DNA of 64,000 bases, from assembly GCA_965215015.1 (NCBI GenBank), contig OZ244042.1:3392001-3456000 (forward strand), read 5' to 3'. The notes beneath the pieces are model-generated. The model saw only the letters and a list, made by a program, of their open reading frames with translations. It made no database searches and was not told the DNA's origin. Position numbers and translations under genes: made by a program. Every line of letters begins with the position of its first letter. Positions within the stretch are counted from its first letter, which is position 1. Below are positions 19,863 through 30,729 of the stretch, piece after piece. The DNA comes from Candidatus Poribacteria bacterium. Lineage in GTDB: Bacteria; Poribacteria; WGA-4E; PCPOR2b.

Positions 19863-20250
19863 ATGGAAAGATCAGATGAAGCTTTGATGCTTCAACTTCA
19901 AACTGGCAATTCGGCTGCATTTGAGATATTGGTCAAACGGTGGGAAAAACTGCTGCTGAGTTACTGCTATCGAGCTGAATCAGGTAATCGCCCGAAACGA
20001 GCAGCTGAAGCGAATGGGCGTGCCGATAAGGGAGCGCATACAACGCCTCACGCGGTTCGCTGCAGAAATAGGCAATTCCATAGCAACGGAGAAGCGTATG
20101 GCTGAACTCCATCTGGGACTGCTTCGTGAAAATACCGAGCTGAAGGTCGAGATTGACCGATATATGCATCAACATGTGATGCTGCCTCTCCCACATTACT
20201 TGTTGGGGTTAAGTGAGGAGGATTACCAGTCCCTTCTACATGGACACTAA
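19863..20250 (+). pseudogene. ECF sigma factor 5' fragment joined out of frame to an unrelated 3' gene fragment
   Basis: GGAGG RBS then MERSDEALMLQLQTGNSAAFEILVKRWEKLLLSYCYR (ECF region 1.2/2.1-like). The similarity stops there; another frame runs on to a stop at 20250. Confidence 0.65.
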
Positions 20251-20451
20251 CATGTGGGCAATCGCCCGACGATGCCCCTCCCTTCCCTCTATTTTTCGGT
20301 CTTCTTGTCTATGAAGGCCTTAGCATTGCTTAGACTCATTTCCATTGTGATCACTTGTGAGACACCAAGCCAACCGTTGGAATTGACTACTGTTTTTCAC
20401 ACATAAACACTAAAGAAGGGAGCCATCGGTATTAGTCCTGATCTTTGACTG

Positions 20452-22140
20452 CTATCTATAGAGCAGTTTCCGTAACGATTGTCTGCCGAGTAGATATGAT
20501 ATTATCCACACACCAATGAGGATACTCAGAATAAACGCAATCGTGAGTTGTTGTGGGGTGGCAAGTAAGCCGCTCTGTTTTCCCCCCAAGATTTTCATTT
20601 CGCTAAGGACAACGATTTGCAAGATTATGATGGGTCCACTGAGCAATATTAGGTTAGCAATGATTGTGACCAAAAGCGTCGCAAGTCGGAGAACTGGGCG
20701 CCTGCTGGAATCTCGATCGGTTTCTCCGATTTCTGCGACCCAAGGCAGTGTTCCCATCGCCGTGTTGAACGCTGTAGCTGTAGCTGTGATCAGTGTAGTC
20801 ATCAATAGGATTGGCAGCCATAGCTGCAGGGGTATCCGAAACAGGATTAGTATGACCAAAACCCACACTTCTGCGTAAGCAACTGCACAGAACGTCCCAA
20901 TCAAAAGTTTGCTCTTGAACAACAACGTCGGTGAAATCGCACTTGATTTTAAGAGCCACCACGTTTTTGCCTCTGCTTTGCAGCCCCCCCATGAGAGTCC
21001 GGCTGTTATTATCACGCTGTAGATCATAATTTGAACGGCTATCGCTGCTAAGTTCGGCAGATGAAGACTATAGTCAATTTCATCATCAGCTCGTATCTGA
21101 TAAACTGTGGCAACTATCGGTATCAACTGGAGGAGGGTTAGTACTACAATCATCATCACGCGTCCCTTGTGTCGGAGGAAAACGTGGAAATCTTTTGCCA
21201 TCATTGAGCGGATTTTGCCTTGACCTAGAAAGGCAGCACTCCTCCGCTTCTTGCCGTTCCGTCCCGGATTTACTTCTACACGCCTAGCGTATTCCCAGCT
21301 CCGGTGGTAGATTTTGGAAGCCAATAACATACTTAAAAACGGTATGACTATGCTTGCAATGGCCAGTTGGAGCCCCCACCGTAGCGGTTGGGTTCCCGAT
21401 TCGGGGAGCCAGCTCATCATGAACTTCGCTGTCCACAGATGGGGATACCAGTCCGAGGTGGAGAGTTTTAATTGTTCGAGGAGAAATGTGGCAATCTCAT
21501 CTGACCGCTCAAATGTAAGGATACTGAACGCGAGGAAAAATCCAGCGGCAGCACCGATAATTGCGCCAACGATTTTTAAGAATTTTATCATTCGCTGTGA
21601 AGAGAAAAAGCGTGTAACCAACATCATTACGATCACAACATCCGTCACGATGATGACGAGTAAGCAGAAGCAGGCCGGAACGAGTCCAAGGTAGAAATGC
21701 CACGGCAGACCGAAGAGTCGTCCAAATGCGATCCACGGAGGAAACAGCCACATCACCATGCCGAATAAACTCGATGCAATAAGTTGAACTAACTTAAATC
21801 CGAAAACTGTTGATGGAGATAGCGACGACAGTAGCAGTGATGTATCTGCGGCTTCGTAGAACTGTTTAATTGTGTCCTCCATTGCGCTTTTCACCAAAAT
21901 GAACACACCGAAGCCCATGCAAATATTGATCGCGTGTAGTATGGTTTGTCTATCGGCGTCAGGCCGCTGTTTCACCACTTTGAAGACGGTAAGTCCTATC
22001 AGGTATAATGCAGTCATCAGCACAAGGAGACCGATGATTTCTGCGACCTTTTTCCGTCTCTCGTCTGAGGCGTATTGAATATTATTTAACCAGCCCTGCC
22101 AACTGGCTTTGAGTAAGATTGATAGTGTGTGCATAGCCAA
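20452..22140 (-). CDS. Putative ABC-2 type exporter permease
   Basis: About 13 TM segments; DTSLLLSSL, MMAKDFHVFLR, WWLLKSSAIS..LFKSKL. Confidence 0.75.
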   Translation of the reverse strand: MAMHTLSILLKASWQGWLNNIQYASDERRKKVAEIIGLLVLMTALYLIGLTVFKVVKQRPDADRQTILHAINICMGFGVFILVKSAMEDTIKQFYEAADTSLLLSSLSPSTVFGFKLVQLIASSLFGMVMWLFPPWIAFGRLFGLPWHFYLGLVPACFCLLVIIVTDVVIVMMLVTRFFSSQRMIKFLKIVGAIIGAAAGFFLAFSILTFERSDEIATFLLEQLKLSTSDWYPHLWTAKFMMSWLPESGTQPLRWGLQLAIASIVIPFLSMLLASKIYHRSWEYARRVEVNPGRNGKKRRSAAFLGQGKIRSMMAKDFHVFLRHKGRVMMIVVLTLLQLIPIVATVYQIRADDEIDYSLHLPNLAAIAVQIMIYSVIITAGLSWGGCKAEAKTWWLLKSSAISPTLLFKSKLLIGTFCAVAYAEVWVLVILILFRIPLQLWLPILLMTTLITATATAFNTAMGTLPWVAEIGETDRDSSRRPVLRLATLLVTIIANLILLSGPIIILQIVVLSEMKILGGKQSGLLATPQQLTIAFILSILIGVWIISYLLGRQSLRKLLYR

Positions 22141-22334
22141 GGCGTATTGGAGAATCAGAGAATAGGATCAGCGATGTTCGATGGATTGCTGTTTGATACG
22201 TTCAGTTTTTTCCCTGTTGTGGTATCGATCGGTTTTCGCTTGATTCGGTGTGTGAAGGGTGGTATAGTGGTGGCTCGTTTATAGATTGGTTGTGCATAAA
22301 TCGAGGATTGGCTTGAGTTGAGGAGGGGATACGA

Positions 22335-23174
22335 ATGCAGATTGGAATTATGTCTAGAACCTTTGCCCGTGCAACGCTAGAGGAAGAATTGGAGGCCGTT
22401 GCAAACCGTGGGATTGACTGTATGCAATTTGGTCTTTCTAGTGCCGGTGTGACTGAACTACCAACGCATATTAATTCGGATCTGTGTGATAGAATCCGTG
22501 AAGAGATGGGTGCGCGCAACATCACAATGACCGCGCTTTCTGGCACCTACAACATGATTCATCCTGATTTACAGCAACGTGCCAATGGATTGCGGAACCT
22601 ACGTGTGTTGGCCTCGGCTTGTGACAAGCTAGGCACGTCGGTGATTACGCTATGTACGGGTACACGAGATTCCAATAATATGTGGCGACGACATCCTGAC
22701 AATGACTCGCCGGAGGCATGGGACGATCTGATAATTTCGATGCGTCAGGCTATAGAAGTCGCTGAGGAATACCAAGTCACCCTTGCCTTTGAACCGGAGG
22801 TTGCCAATGTGGTTGATTCCGCAATCAAAGCCCGTCGCATAATTGACCAGATCGGCTCCCCCTATCTGAAGGTGGTTATGGATGGCGCCAACATCTTTCA
22901 TGCCGGGGAATTGCCGCACATGCGTGAAATTCTTGATGAAGCTTTCGCGCTGCTCGGTGAGGACATCGCCTTTGCACACGCAAAGGACCTTGACCATGAT
23001 GGCGAAGCGGGGCATCTTGCCGCGGGAAAGGGGCTTTTAGATTATGATCAATACCTGTCATTGCTCAGCAACGTTGACTCCGACGTCCCAATCGTTCTTC
23101 ACGGGCTCAGCGAGGCAGAGGTAGACGGGTGTGTTGCCTTCCTGCGTGAAAAGATAGAAGCCATCAACGGGTGA
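22335..23174 (+). CDS. Sugar phosphate isomerase/epimerase (TIM barrel)
   Basis: LAFEPE, VMDGAN, HAKD, GKGLLDY. Confidence 0.9.
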   Translation: MQIGIMSRTFARATLEEELEAVANRGIDCMQFGLSSAGVTELPTHINSDLCDRIREEMGARNITMTALSGTYNMIHPDLQQRANGLRNLRVLASACDKLGTSVITLCTGTRDSNNMWRRHPDNDSPEAWDDLIISMRQAIEVAEEYQVTLAFEPEVANVVDSAIKARRIIDQIGSPYLKVVMDGANIFHAGELPHMREILDEAFALLGEDIAFAHAKDLDHDGEAGHLAAGKGLLDYDQYLSLLSNVDSDVPIVLHGLSEAEVDGCVAFLREKIEAING

Positions 23175-23395
23175 AACGTAATGGGTAAGAAGTTCATTAT
23201 AGGTTCATTAGTTCATTGACATGCTGAACGTTATACGTATTGCCCTGTTGGAGTTTTAGGCGGCGACTTAGGTAAATCTATAGATGCGAAGTGCGTTGAC
23301 GGAATATGCACTCGGAAACTGTTAGAAATCGGTCGATAAGCGGATTAAAACAGAGGTTACGGCATACGGAGTATGCCTACTACTATCCGCTTGAG

Positions 23396-23833
23396 TTAAT
23401 ATCGCTGAAGTTTAGTATCAATTTTCCTTGCCCATCGATCGATACCGCCAACCAAACTTTTAACGCGCTTAAATCCAAGTTGTTGCAGCAGATGCGCCGC
23501 ATCTAAGCTGCGCATTCCTTTATGGCAGTATACAACGATTTCAGCGTAAGGGTTCAGTAAAGACGCCTGTCTCGGTAGTTCTCCGAGGGGAATCTGCTTT
23601 GCATCTTTAAGATGGACAATTTCGTATTCCCACGCTTCACGCACATCTAATAAAATAATATCGTGACCGTTATCTATCAATCGCTTGAGACTCTGAGGTT
23701 GGATTGTATGTTCAGCAGGATTAAAAGGGATAATTGCTTCTTCGGCACTTGGTGCCGCTCGAGGTACACTGCCTTTGACCGGCGCGCTCTTATTGAAGAG
23801 CTCTTGTAGTGCTTTTTTGATACTGTTTAGCAT
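23396..23833 (-). CDS. Rhodanese-like domain protein
   Basis: LLDVREAWE, YCHKGMRS, SLVGGIDRW. Confidence 0.92.
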   Translation of the reverse strand: MLNSIKKALQELFNKSAPVKGSVPRAAPSAEEAIIPFNPAEHTIQPQSLKRLIDNGHDIILLDVREAWEYEIVHLKDAKQIPLGELPRQASLLNPYAEIVVYCHKGMRSLDAAHLLQQLGFKRVKSLVGGIDRWARKIDTKLQRY

Positions 23834-23965
23834 GGGCTCTCTCCTTACATATTATCGTTATAGTATAAATTCAAAATGATAAATGCAGGTTCTCCCAAAA
23901 TGGAGAATTCCCTAATTATAATCAAAGTGATTGAAAGATGTCAAGAATTATACGTCCTTACCCGT

Positions 23966-26146
23966 CTAAAATGTCGCACTCACGCCCAACGTCGGCAGAA
24001 TGGGAAAAAGTGGTTCATCGCTCACGTCACACTCGATAAGTTTTCCTGTTGCCTCGTCTCGGATTTCGCTGAACACACGTTCATGAACGTTTGATCGGTT
24101 GTATAGGTTTAGGATCTGAACGTACCAGTTGAGCGTCCAACTCTTGTATTCGCTGGTTTTTGTAATCCTCAAGTCGAGGCTATGATACGGAGGCAACCGG
24201 TCTGTGTTGTACTCCCCAAATCCCCGTTCACAGTCCATACTACCATCAGAATCGAGAACGAGTTTATGATCCAGAGGTGTCGTCGGATTGCCGGTGTGGA
24301 AACGCCATGCGAGGTGTAGATACCAACGCAAAACAATCTGATAGCTGCCATTAAGGGAGATTGTATGGCGTTGATCGAAATCCCGATGGAATGTCTCGCC
24401 GAATAGTGGGCGATCATACATCAGGTCCTCCTCACTTGCCTTTGCAATTAAAAACGCATACCCCAAACTCCCCGTCAACCGATCCGATAGCGCGTACGCA
24501 CCAAAGAGGTCAAAGCCCTTTGCATGTCCCGAATCGGCGGGAGCAATAATCTGGGTTTGCCTGCCGAAATCCTGAATCTGCCCGCTGAGATTCGTGAGCA
24601 CTTTGTAATAACCTTCTGCCCGAACGAGGACATTTCTGCCGGAAGCGTATTCCGCCCCTATGATATAATGTATTGCTTGTCCAGCCCTGCCGACATCTTC
24701 GATCCCCGTTTCGACAGGAATCGTCATCAGGTCAATTGACTGATGGTAAAGCCCCCACGCTGTCCGCAACGTTAGATTTTCGATGGGCTTGACAGCCAAC
24801 GCGATTCGGGGACTAATCTCATATTTTTGAATATCGCTACGACGATAATCTTGGAACAGATAGCGACCACCAATATTGAGTGCTAGGTTGGGATGCAGTT
24901 GCCATTCATCTTGCAGGTATCCCTTGAGCTCCCAGCCTTTATCCTCAACTTCTGCTTCACCTCTATCAGGAGGGTTACAGTCCGGACAATGGTTCAGGAT
25001 AAACTGTCTTGTGACCTGTTGATGGAGAGGAAAAGAATAATCGTATGCCGCCCTAGACCAACGCCATTCCAATCCACCTCGAATTGTGTGGGTGTCTTGC
25101 AGGTGTGCAGTCAATTCGCTCTTTGCACCGAGAAAGCCGAAATCGCGTTTATCCACACCTTCAAGACCTTCGCGGCGATCTCGGGTCGCCAGATTATTGA
25201 AGACAAACAGATCTGACCAGACCGATTCGCTGTAGAAGTGCCGCCATTTCGCCCAGAACATTGCATTCTGATAGGTGGAATTAAGGTCATCTTCGTCATT
25301 ATCCTCATTGATGAAGTTGTCATCCCAAGCGTAGAGTGCGTTAAAGGTGAGTTTATCTTTATCGGTTAGGTCGTAGGCGATCTTGCTGTAGAGGTCTGCA
25401 TATTGTGGTCGGAGGTCTTCGTCGGCATCCATCAGCGCGAGAATCAGATCGACGTAGCCTCGCCGTGCTGAGACGAGCCACGAGCCTTTGTCCGATAGGG
25501 GCCCCTCCAACAGCGCATGTGCGTTGATTAGGTCAATCCCCAAGTTCATGGCGAACTTATCCCGATTTCCTGTTTTCGCGGTGATATCGAACACGCCTGA
25601 CATCTTATCGCCGTATTCCGCGGGGAAGCCGCCCATGAACAGGTCTGCGCGACGAATTACTCCGAGGTCAATAATCGAGATTGCGCCGCCAAAATCTTGC
25701 AGGTGATATGGCTCGAACAGCTCCATCCCGTCCAATCGCACAACGATTTCGTCCTTTTCGCCGCCGCGCAAATTAAATCGTGCACTGAAATCGTTGGCGG
25801 TCACGCCGGGGAAGATATGGGCGGCACGAAAAACGTCATTGTCAATCAGGGGAAACAGATTTATCCTCTCTTTCGATAATGAGAGGCTTGCATCCGTTCC
25901 ACTCTGAACGGTGAACTTACCGGGTGTCACGACGATTTCCTCAAGCTGTATAGGTTCTGATGCAGTTTGGGCGTGAGCCGGATTGTGAAACCCAACTGAT
26001 GAAAGGATTAAAAGGGAGGTGAAGATTGTCCTGATTAAGATTGGGATTGAGTTGATGCGTAAAGAGTTGCACATTGAGCGTAATATCAATTTCCCAAGTT
26101 TAGATATGAGTGTCGTGACGGTATGGAGACTTATGAATCTGGTCAT
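23966..26146 (-). CDS. TonB-dependent receptor
   Basis: LEEIVVT TonB box, RGG plug, GGFPAEYGDKMSGV, LQDEW, C-terminal F. Start probably later than shown. Confidence 0.9.
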   Translation of the reverse strand: MTRFISLHTVTTLISKLGKLILRSMCNSLRINSIPILIRTIFTSLLILSSVGFHNPAHAQTASEPIQLEEIVVTPGKFTVQSGTDASLSLSKERINLFPLIDNDVFRAAHIFPGVTANDFSARFNLRGGEKDEIVVRLDGMELFEPYHLQDFGGAISIIDLGVIRRADLFMGGFPAEYGDKMSGVFDITAKTGNRDKFAMNLGIDLINAHALLEGPLSDKGSWLVSARRGYVDLILALMDADEDLRPQYADLYSKIAYDLTDKDKLTFNALYAWDDNFINEDNDEDDLNSTYQNAMFWAKWRHFYSESVWSDLFVFNNLATRDRREGLEGVDKRDFGFLGAKSELTAHLQDTHTIRGGLEWRWSRAAYDYSFPLHQQVTRQFILNHCPDCNPPDRGEAEVEDKGWELKGYLQDEWQLHPNLALNIGGRYLFQDYRRSDIQKYEISPRIALAVKPIENLTLRTAWGLYHQSIDLMTIPVETGIEDVGRAGQAIHYIIGAEYASGRNVLVRAEGYYKVLTNLSGQIQDFGRQTQIIAPADSGHAKGFDLFGAYALSDRLTGSLGYAFLIAKASEEDLMYDRPLFGETFHRDFDQRHTISLNGSYQIVLRWYLHLAWRFHTGNPTTPLDHKLVLDSDGSMDCERGFGEYNTDRLPPYHSLDLRITKTSEYKSWTLNWYVQILNLYNRSNVHERVFSEIRDEATGKLIECDVSDEPLFPILPTLGVSATF

Positions 26147-26165
26147 AGCAGCCCCATCTCAACCG

Positions 26166-27284
26166 TCAAAGCCCAAGGATACGTGCGATGGTGCCGCCCA
26201 TGATCATCGCCAAGTCATCTGGGTTCAGAAAACTACAGTATCTCTCAATCCAGTGGCGGGACTGGCGGTATGTGCAAAAACGGTTCTGGAACGGCATGTC
26301 TGTCCCCCAAAGCAGGCGATCTGCGCCGATATGCTCAACCATTGCTTCGAGGGTATGCCAGACCTCTTGATAGGGGTAATCGAAGATGTCACCGATTCGG
26401 ACGGGGAAACATACTTCTAAATTGAGATTGGGATTTTGGAATGGCTCCCAGATGGCATCTGGCAGCGCGATGCCATCCCCGTCCAGAAATGCGCGCCAAG
26501 GGAAGCCGTGAGTAATGCTGCAGGTGGTGTCCGGGTAACGCTCCATCCATCGCATCAGGATGCGAAGTTCATTCAAGTAACCCGTTTGCTGCTCTGCATC
26601 GGAAAGTGGGCGTTGCTCCGCCTCTGGTCCCGTGCCCAGCGTGAAGAATATGGGAACGTTGAGGGAGGTAACCGCCTCCCAGAATGGTCGGTAAACACCA
26701 TCATCCCAAGGATCGGGACTGACTAGATAGGTCAGCGGATTGAACTTGATAGCGTGCAACCCGTGCACGGTGATAGCGGTAGTAACTTCGTCAACGACGG
26801 CCTCCATCTCATCACGGATACGCCACTCATCTACATGCGTCATTGAGCGGAGGCGGTCCGGAAACCGCTGCACACATTCCGCCTGATAGGTGCTATCCCG
26901 CCCTAGCATCGGGTTCGTGTGGAGCAGTGCCATGTCCACCTCCGCATAATCCATCTCGGAATTCAAACTGAAAGGCGTGAATTCGCAACTTCGGAGATTT
27001 GGTGGGTAGAAATGCTTGGTGTATTCGTCCCCTTCGTAGTTCCAGACCACTCTGCCGCGCGGGTGGTTAATCCGAAATCGCACGTCGGGAAGGTTGGATA
27101 AATCGCGACGCCCTTCGGGGGCAAGAACCTCTGAGGAACCGGGGACGCGGTCACGAATCCGAAACGCCGGTTGGTGGTGTATCGCATGTGCTGCCTGAAC
27201 CCACTTGAGGTGTTCTTCACTACTACCGTATCCGCGCGGACTATCCGCCGATTCAAAGCAGTATGCGTGGGAGTCGATGATCAT
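26166..27284 (-). CDS. Amidohydrolase_2 family protein
   Basis: MIIDSHAY, THG, LLWGTDMP; AGGAAGGA RBS. Confidence 0.88.
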   Translation of the reverse strand: MIIDSHAYCFESADSPRGYGSSEEHLKWVQAAHAIHHQPAFRIRDRVPGSSEVLAPEGRRDLSNLPDVRFRINHPRGRVVWNYEGDEYTKHFYPPNLRSCEFTPFSLNSEMDYAEVDMALLHTNPMLGRDSTYQAECVQRFPDRLRSMTHVDEWRIRDEMEAVVDEVTTAITVHGLHAIKFNPLTYLVSPDPWDDGVYRPFWEAVTSLNVPIFFTLGTGPEAEQRPLSDAEQQTGYLNELRILMRWMERYPDTTCSITHGFPWRAFLDGDGIALPDAIWEPFQNPNLNLEVCFPVRIGDIFDYPYQEVWHTLEAMVEHIGADRLLWGTDMPFQNRFCTYRQSRHWIERYCSFLNPDDLAMIMGGTIARILGL

Positions 27285-27423
27285 TGTATCCTTCCTTTCT
27301 GCCGTGCTGTTACCAACGGGCATCTAGGGTTGTATTGGTTCATTGGTATTAGGTTTCCCGGTGCCCGTTCAACTCAACCTACATTACGTGGATTATATGC
27401 TCAGCCAAGAGAGAACCCCGCTC

Positions 27424-28284
27424 CTACCGTATATACTGTGCGAGGAATTTTTGTGAACGCTTGAGTCCATCGGATTCTGACTCCCAAGTTTTCCAGTAAC
27501 GATAGTCTTCGAGTTCGACGCTGACAATCCCATCGAACCCTTCATCCTCAAGTCGTTGAACAACCTTGAGCCAATCTACGACGCCATCACCGGGGATGGT
27601 GTATCGCCACCAATCCTCACCAAAACCGCGTGGGGCATGGAAACTCGGTCCCAGGTTACCGTGGAGGTAGAGTGCATCTTGATCAAAATCGGTATCCTTG
27701 CCGTGGACGTGCACGACGTGCGCGGCAAATTCATTGAGCATCCGCAGGTAATCAATCCCGATGCGGACTAAATGTGATGGGTCGTAGTTCACGCCGAGCC
27801 CTCTCGGGCACGCTGCGAACATCGCTCGCAGCGTCTCAGGGGTGCAACCGAGCGCAGGACAGTGGGGGGAAGGACCGGGCCAACCTTCAACAGAAATAGT
27901 AACGTCGTTATCCGCGGCAAACTCAGCGATTGGTGGGACGGTCTCCTTCCACAGGTCAAAGGTTTTCGCCCGTCCAAGGGTTGGATCTGCTGGTGAGAAA
28001 ACGCAGAACATAAGATGGACATTGTTATCGGCTGCCGCTTGGATGGCGGCTTTTGCAGCTGCTGCCCCCGATTCTTGCTTAGCTTTATCAACGCTTAGCA
28101 GGTCGCCGATGCCCGGCATGTCTGCCGTGCCAATTGCCAATCCAGCGTCTCTTGCTGTCCCCACGATTTTAGGTGTGACTTCGCCTATATCGACAGCGTC
28201 AAAACCGTTGTCTACACACCAACGACAAAACTCATCAAAGGGCAGCTCGCGTGCTGTGCCCGGTATACGTAAACCAATTTTCAT
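27424..28284 (-). CDS. Sugar phosphate isomerase/epimerase
   Basis: VEGWP, NYDPSHL, HVHGKD, IPGDGVVDW, SVELED. Confidence 0.9.
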   Translation of the reverse strand: MKIGLRIPGTARELPFDEFCRWCVDNGFDAVDIGEVTPKIVGTARDAGLAIGTADMPGIGDLLSVDKAKQESGAAAAKAAIQAAADNNVHLMFCVFSPADPTLGRAKTFDLWKETVPPIAEFAADNDVTISVEGWPGPSPHCPALGCTPETLRAMFAACPRGLGVNYDPSHLVRIGIDYLRMLNEFAAHVVHVHGKDTDFDQDALYLHGNLGPSFHAPRGFGEDWWRYTIPGDGVVDWLKVVQRLEDEGFDGIVSVELEDYRYWKTWESESDGLKRSQKFLAQYIR

Positions 28285-28333
28285 AAAAATCTCCTTTATT
28301 GTTTGAATGATTCAACTACCCAGTTATTGAGGG

Positions 28334-29365
28334 TTATTTATTACGTTTTATCGCTCCCCACGTCGTTGCCATATTGTCTTGTGGGGAGACTGCCAGGGCC
28401 AAGGGATCATATTCATCTACCTTTGGGACGGCCCCTAGTGCTGAGAATCCGCCAAAGACGTAAATTTTGTTATTTACCTTGGAAACCGACAGTCCCCCTC
28501 TTGCCATCGGGAGCCGTGCCCCGCCCTCCGCGAGCCATGCACCGGTGTCCGGGGTAAAGATGTCTACTCTTGAGAGCCGGCTGGTGTTATCTGAAGCGGT
28601 TCCTCCGATGGTGTAGATTTTTCCATTGATGGTCTCGGCACCTAAGCCAATATTTGGGATAGGCATTTCGGGTTTGTGTGTCCATCGATCTTCAACGGGG
28701 TCATACATTTCAACAACATCAAAATACCGAATCCCGCCATGGGTTGTTTCTTTGAAGGTCCCACCCCCGAGCACATAAATCTTTTCCTCGAACACAACCG
28801 CAGCGTGACCACCTCTCGCTGTTGGCATATCCGCTTTCTGAGTCCAGGTGTCTCCTTCAGGATTGTACTGAAAAACGGTTGAGTAAACATCGTCGGGAAA
28901 GTCCCAGCCACCAATGAGATAAATCTGTCCATTGACGACACTTGTCGTCATCCGGTCTATGGGTACCGGCATCCGCTTTTTCCGGGTCCATCTATCTGTC
29001 GCCGGATCGTACATCTGGACAGTGTTAAGCGGCTCGAAAGCGATTCTGTGCCCCCCAAACACATAAATCTTACCATCAACCGCGCTCGCGGCAATTCCGC
29101 TTCTTTGCATTGGCATATCGGCTTTCTTTGTCCACATATCACCCTGTGGGTCGTATTCTTCCACGGCCGAGCGTGAGCCCCCATTGAGGCCGCCAATAGC
29201 ATAGATTTTGCCGTTGACAACGGCAGTGGCCAGTTGTGTCCTTGGTGTTGGCATGTCTGCTTTCTGAGTCCATTTCCCCTGTTTCGCGCGGCTCACCACA
29301 GGAAAATTTAACAGTCCGCATAATAATATTGAATTGGCTAGGAGGAGAATAAAACGGGTTTTCAT
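28334..29365 (-). CDS. Secreted Kelch-repeat beta-propeller protein
   Basis: Signal peptide; six Kelch repeats (KIYxxGG..YDP..W..KADMP); C-terminal AVSPQDNMATTWGAIK tail. Confidence 0.92.
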   Translation of the reverse strand: MKTRFILLLANSILLCGLLNFPVVSRAKQGKWTQKADMPTPRTQLATAVVNGKIYAIGGLNGGSRSAVEEYDPQGDMWTKKADMPMQRSGIAASAVDGKIYVFGGHRIAFEPLNTVQMYDPATDRWTRKKRMPVPIDRMTTSVVNGQIYLIGGWDFPDDVYSTVFQYNPEGDTWTQKADMPTARGGHAAVVFEEKIYVLGGGTFKETTHGGIRYFDVVEMYDPVEDRWTHKPEMPIPNIGLGAETINGKIYTIGGTASDNTSRLSRVDIFTPDTGAWLAEGGARLPMARGGLSVSKVNNKIYVFGGFSALGAVPKVDEYDPLALAVSPQDNMATTWGAIKRNK

Positions 29366-29420
29366 GTGTTTTCGCCATTTTATGGAAATCATGTGAATCC
29401 CGCTCCTTTTCTGCTGAGAC

Positions 29421-30621
29421 TCATCCTTCAATTAGATGCAAGGTGTCGCGGGTAATCATCAATTCCTCATTGGTTGGAATGACAAGCAGCTTTACAGGAG
29501 CGTCTGCTCGATGGATTGCCTTTTCCATCTCGCCTGACTGATTCTTTTCCGCGTCAAGGTGAATGCCAAGAAACCCAAGGTTCTCGCAGATTGTCGCACG
29601 GATGGATGGGGCGTTTTCGCCAATCCCTGCGGTAAAGATTAGTGCGTCCAAACCGCCGAGCACCGCCGCATATTTTCCAATATATTGTCTCACACGATAA
29701 GAGAACATCTGTAGTGCAAGTTCCGCCTGCGAGTTACCCTCCGAAACAGCCCGGAACAGGTCTCGGACATCTGATGCGACTCCTGAAATGCCAAGCAAAC
29801 CGCTCTCACGGTTGAGCATCTGATTAATAGCATCTGCAGATATCTGCCCCTCCTCCATCAGGTGAAAAATAATTGCGGGGTCAATGTCGCCAGAGCGTGT
29901 CCCCATCATTAAGCCTTCGAGTGGCGTTAATCCCATGCTAGTATCAACCGATTTTCCCTCATTGACCGCTGTGATACTACACCCATTTCCGAGATGGCAG
30001 GTAATCAGCTTGAGCGATGTTAGCGGGCGTCCGAGGATTTCTGCTGTTCGCATTGAGACATATCGGTGCGATGTGCCGTGAAAGCCGTACCGCCGAATAC
30101 CGTGCTGCTCATAAAGCGGGTAAGGAAGGGCATACATATAGGCGTAATCCGGCATCGTTTGGTGGAACGCCGTATCGAATACAGCGACGTGTGCAGCGTT
30201 TGGCAGCACTTGACGACAGGCGCGGATGCCATCCAAGTTATACGGGTTGTGCAGTGGGGCAAGGGGAATGCATTGATTAATCGCCATTTCAACGTTGGGC
30301 GTAATTAATACGGATTCGGCGAAGCGGCCCCCCTCCGTGGACGACACGATGTCCAACGGCGGCGATGTCATTGAGATTTTGGAGGATGCCCTTTCCTGTG
30401 TGGAGAAGTGTCTCAAGGATTGAGTGGAAAACGGTCTCATACTCCATTGGTGCAACGTTGGTTTGATGTGTGACATTATCATGCCGCTTATAGAAAAGAT
30501 TCTGGGATGGAGAACCCAATCGATCGACTTGTCCCTTTGCCAAACACACTTCGTCCGTCATCTCAAAGCATTGGAACTTAATAGAGGAGCTTCCGGCGTT
30601 GATTGTGAGTATTATAGGCAT
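29421..30621 (-). pseudogene. ackA: Acetate kinase split by a +1 frameshift in a G6 run
   Basis: 5' part INAGSSSIKF..GHRVVHGG; 3' part PLHN, VFDTAFH, YGFHGTSH, HLGNG, IPTNEEL. The frame shifts at 30328-30333. Confidence 0.88.
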
Positions 30622-30729
30622 GGGACATAAAGCGTGATGTGTCGGACGCAATGAGTAATCGAACTATCCCAATCAGATCGGGATTCAGGGCAGCTTGACT
30701 GTCTGAACTGTTACAAAATTCTGTTATTT

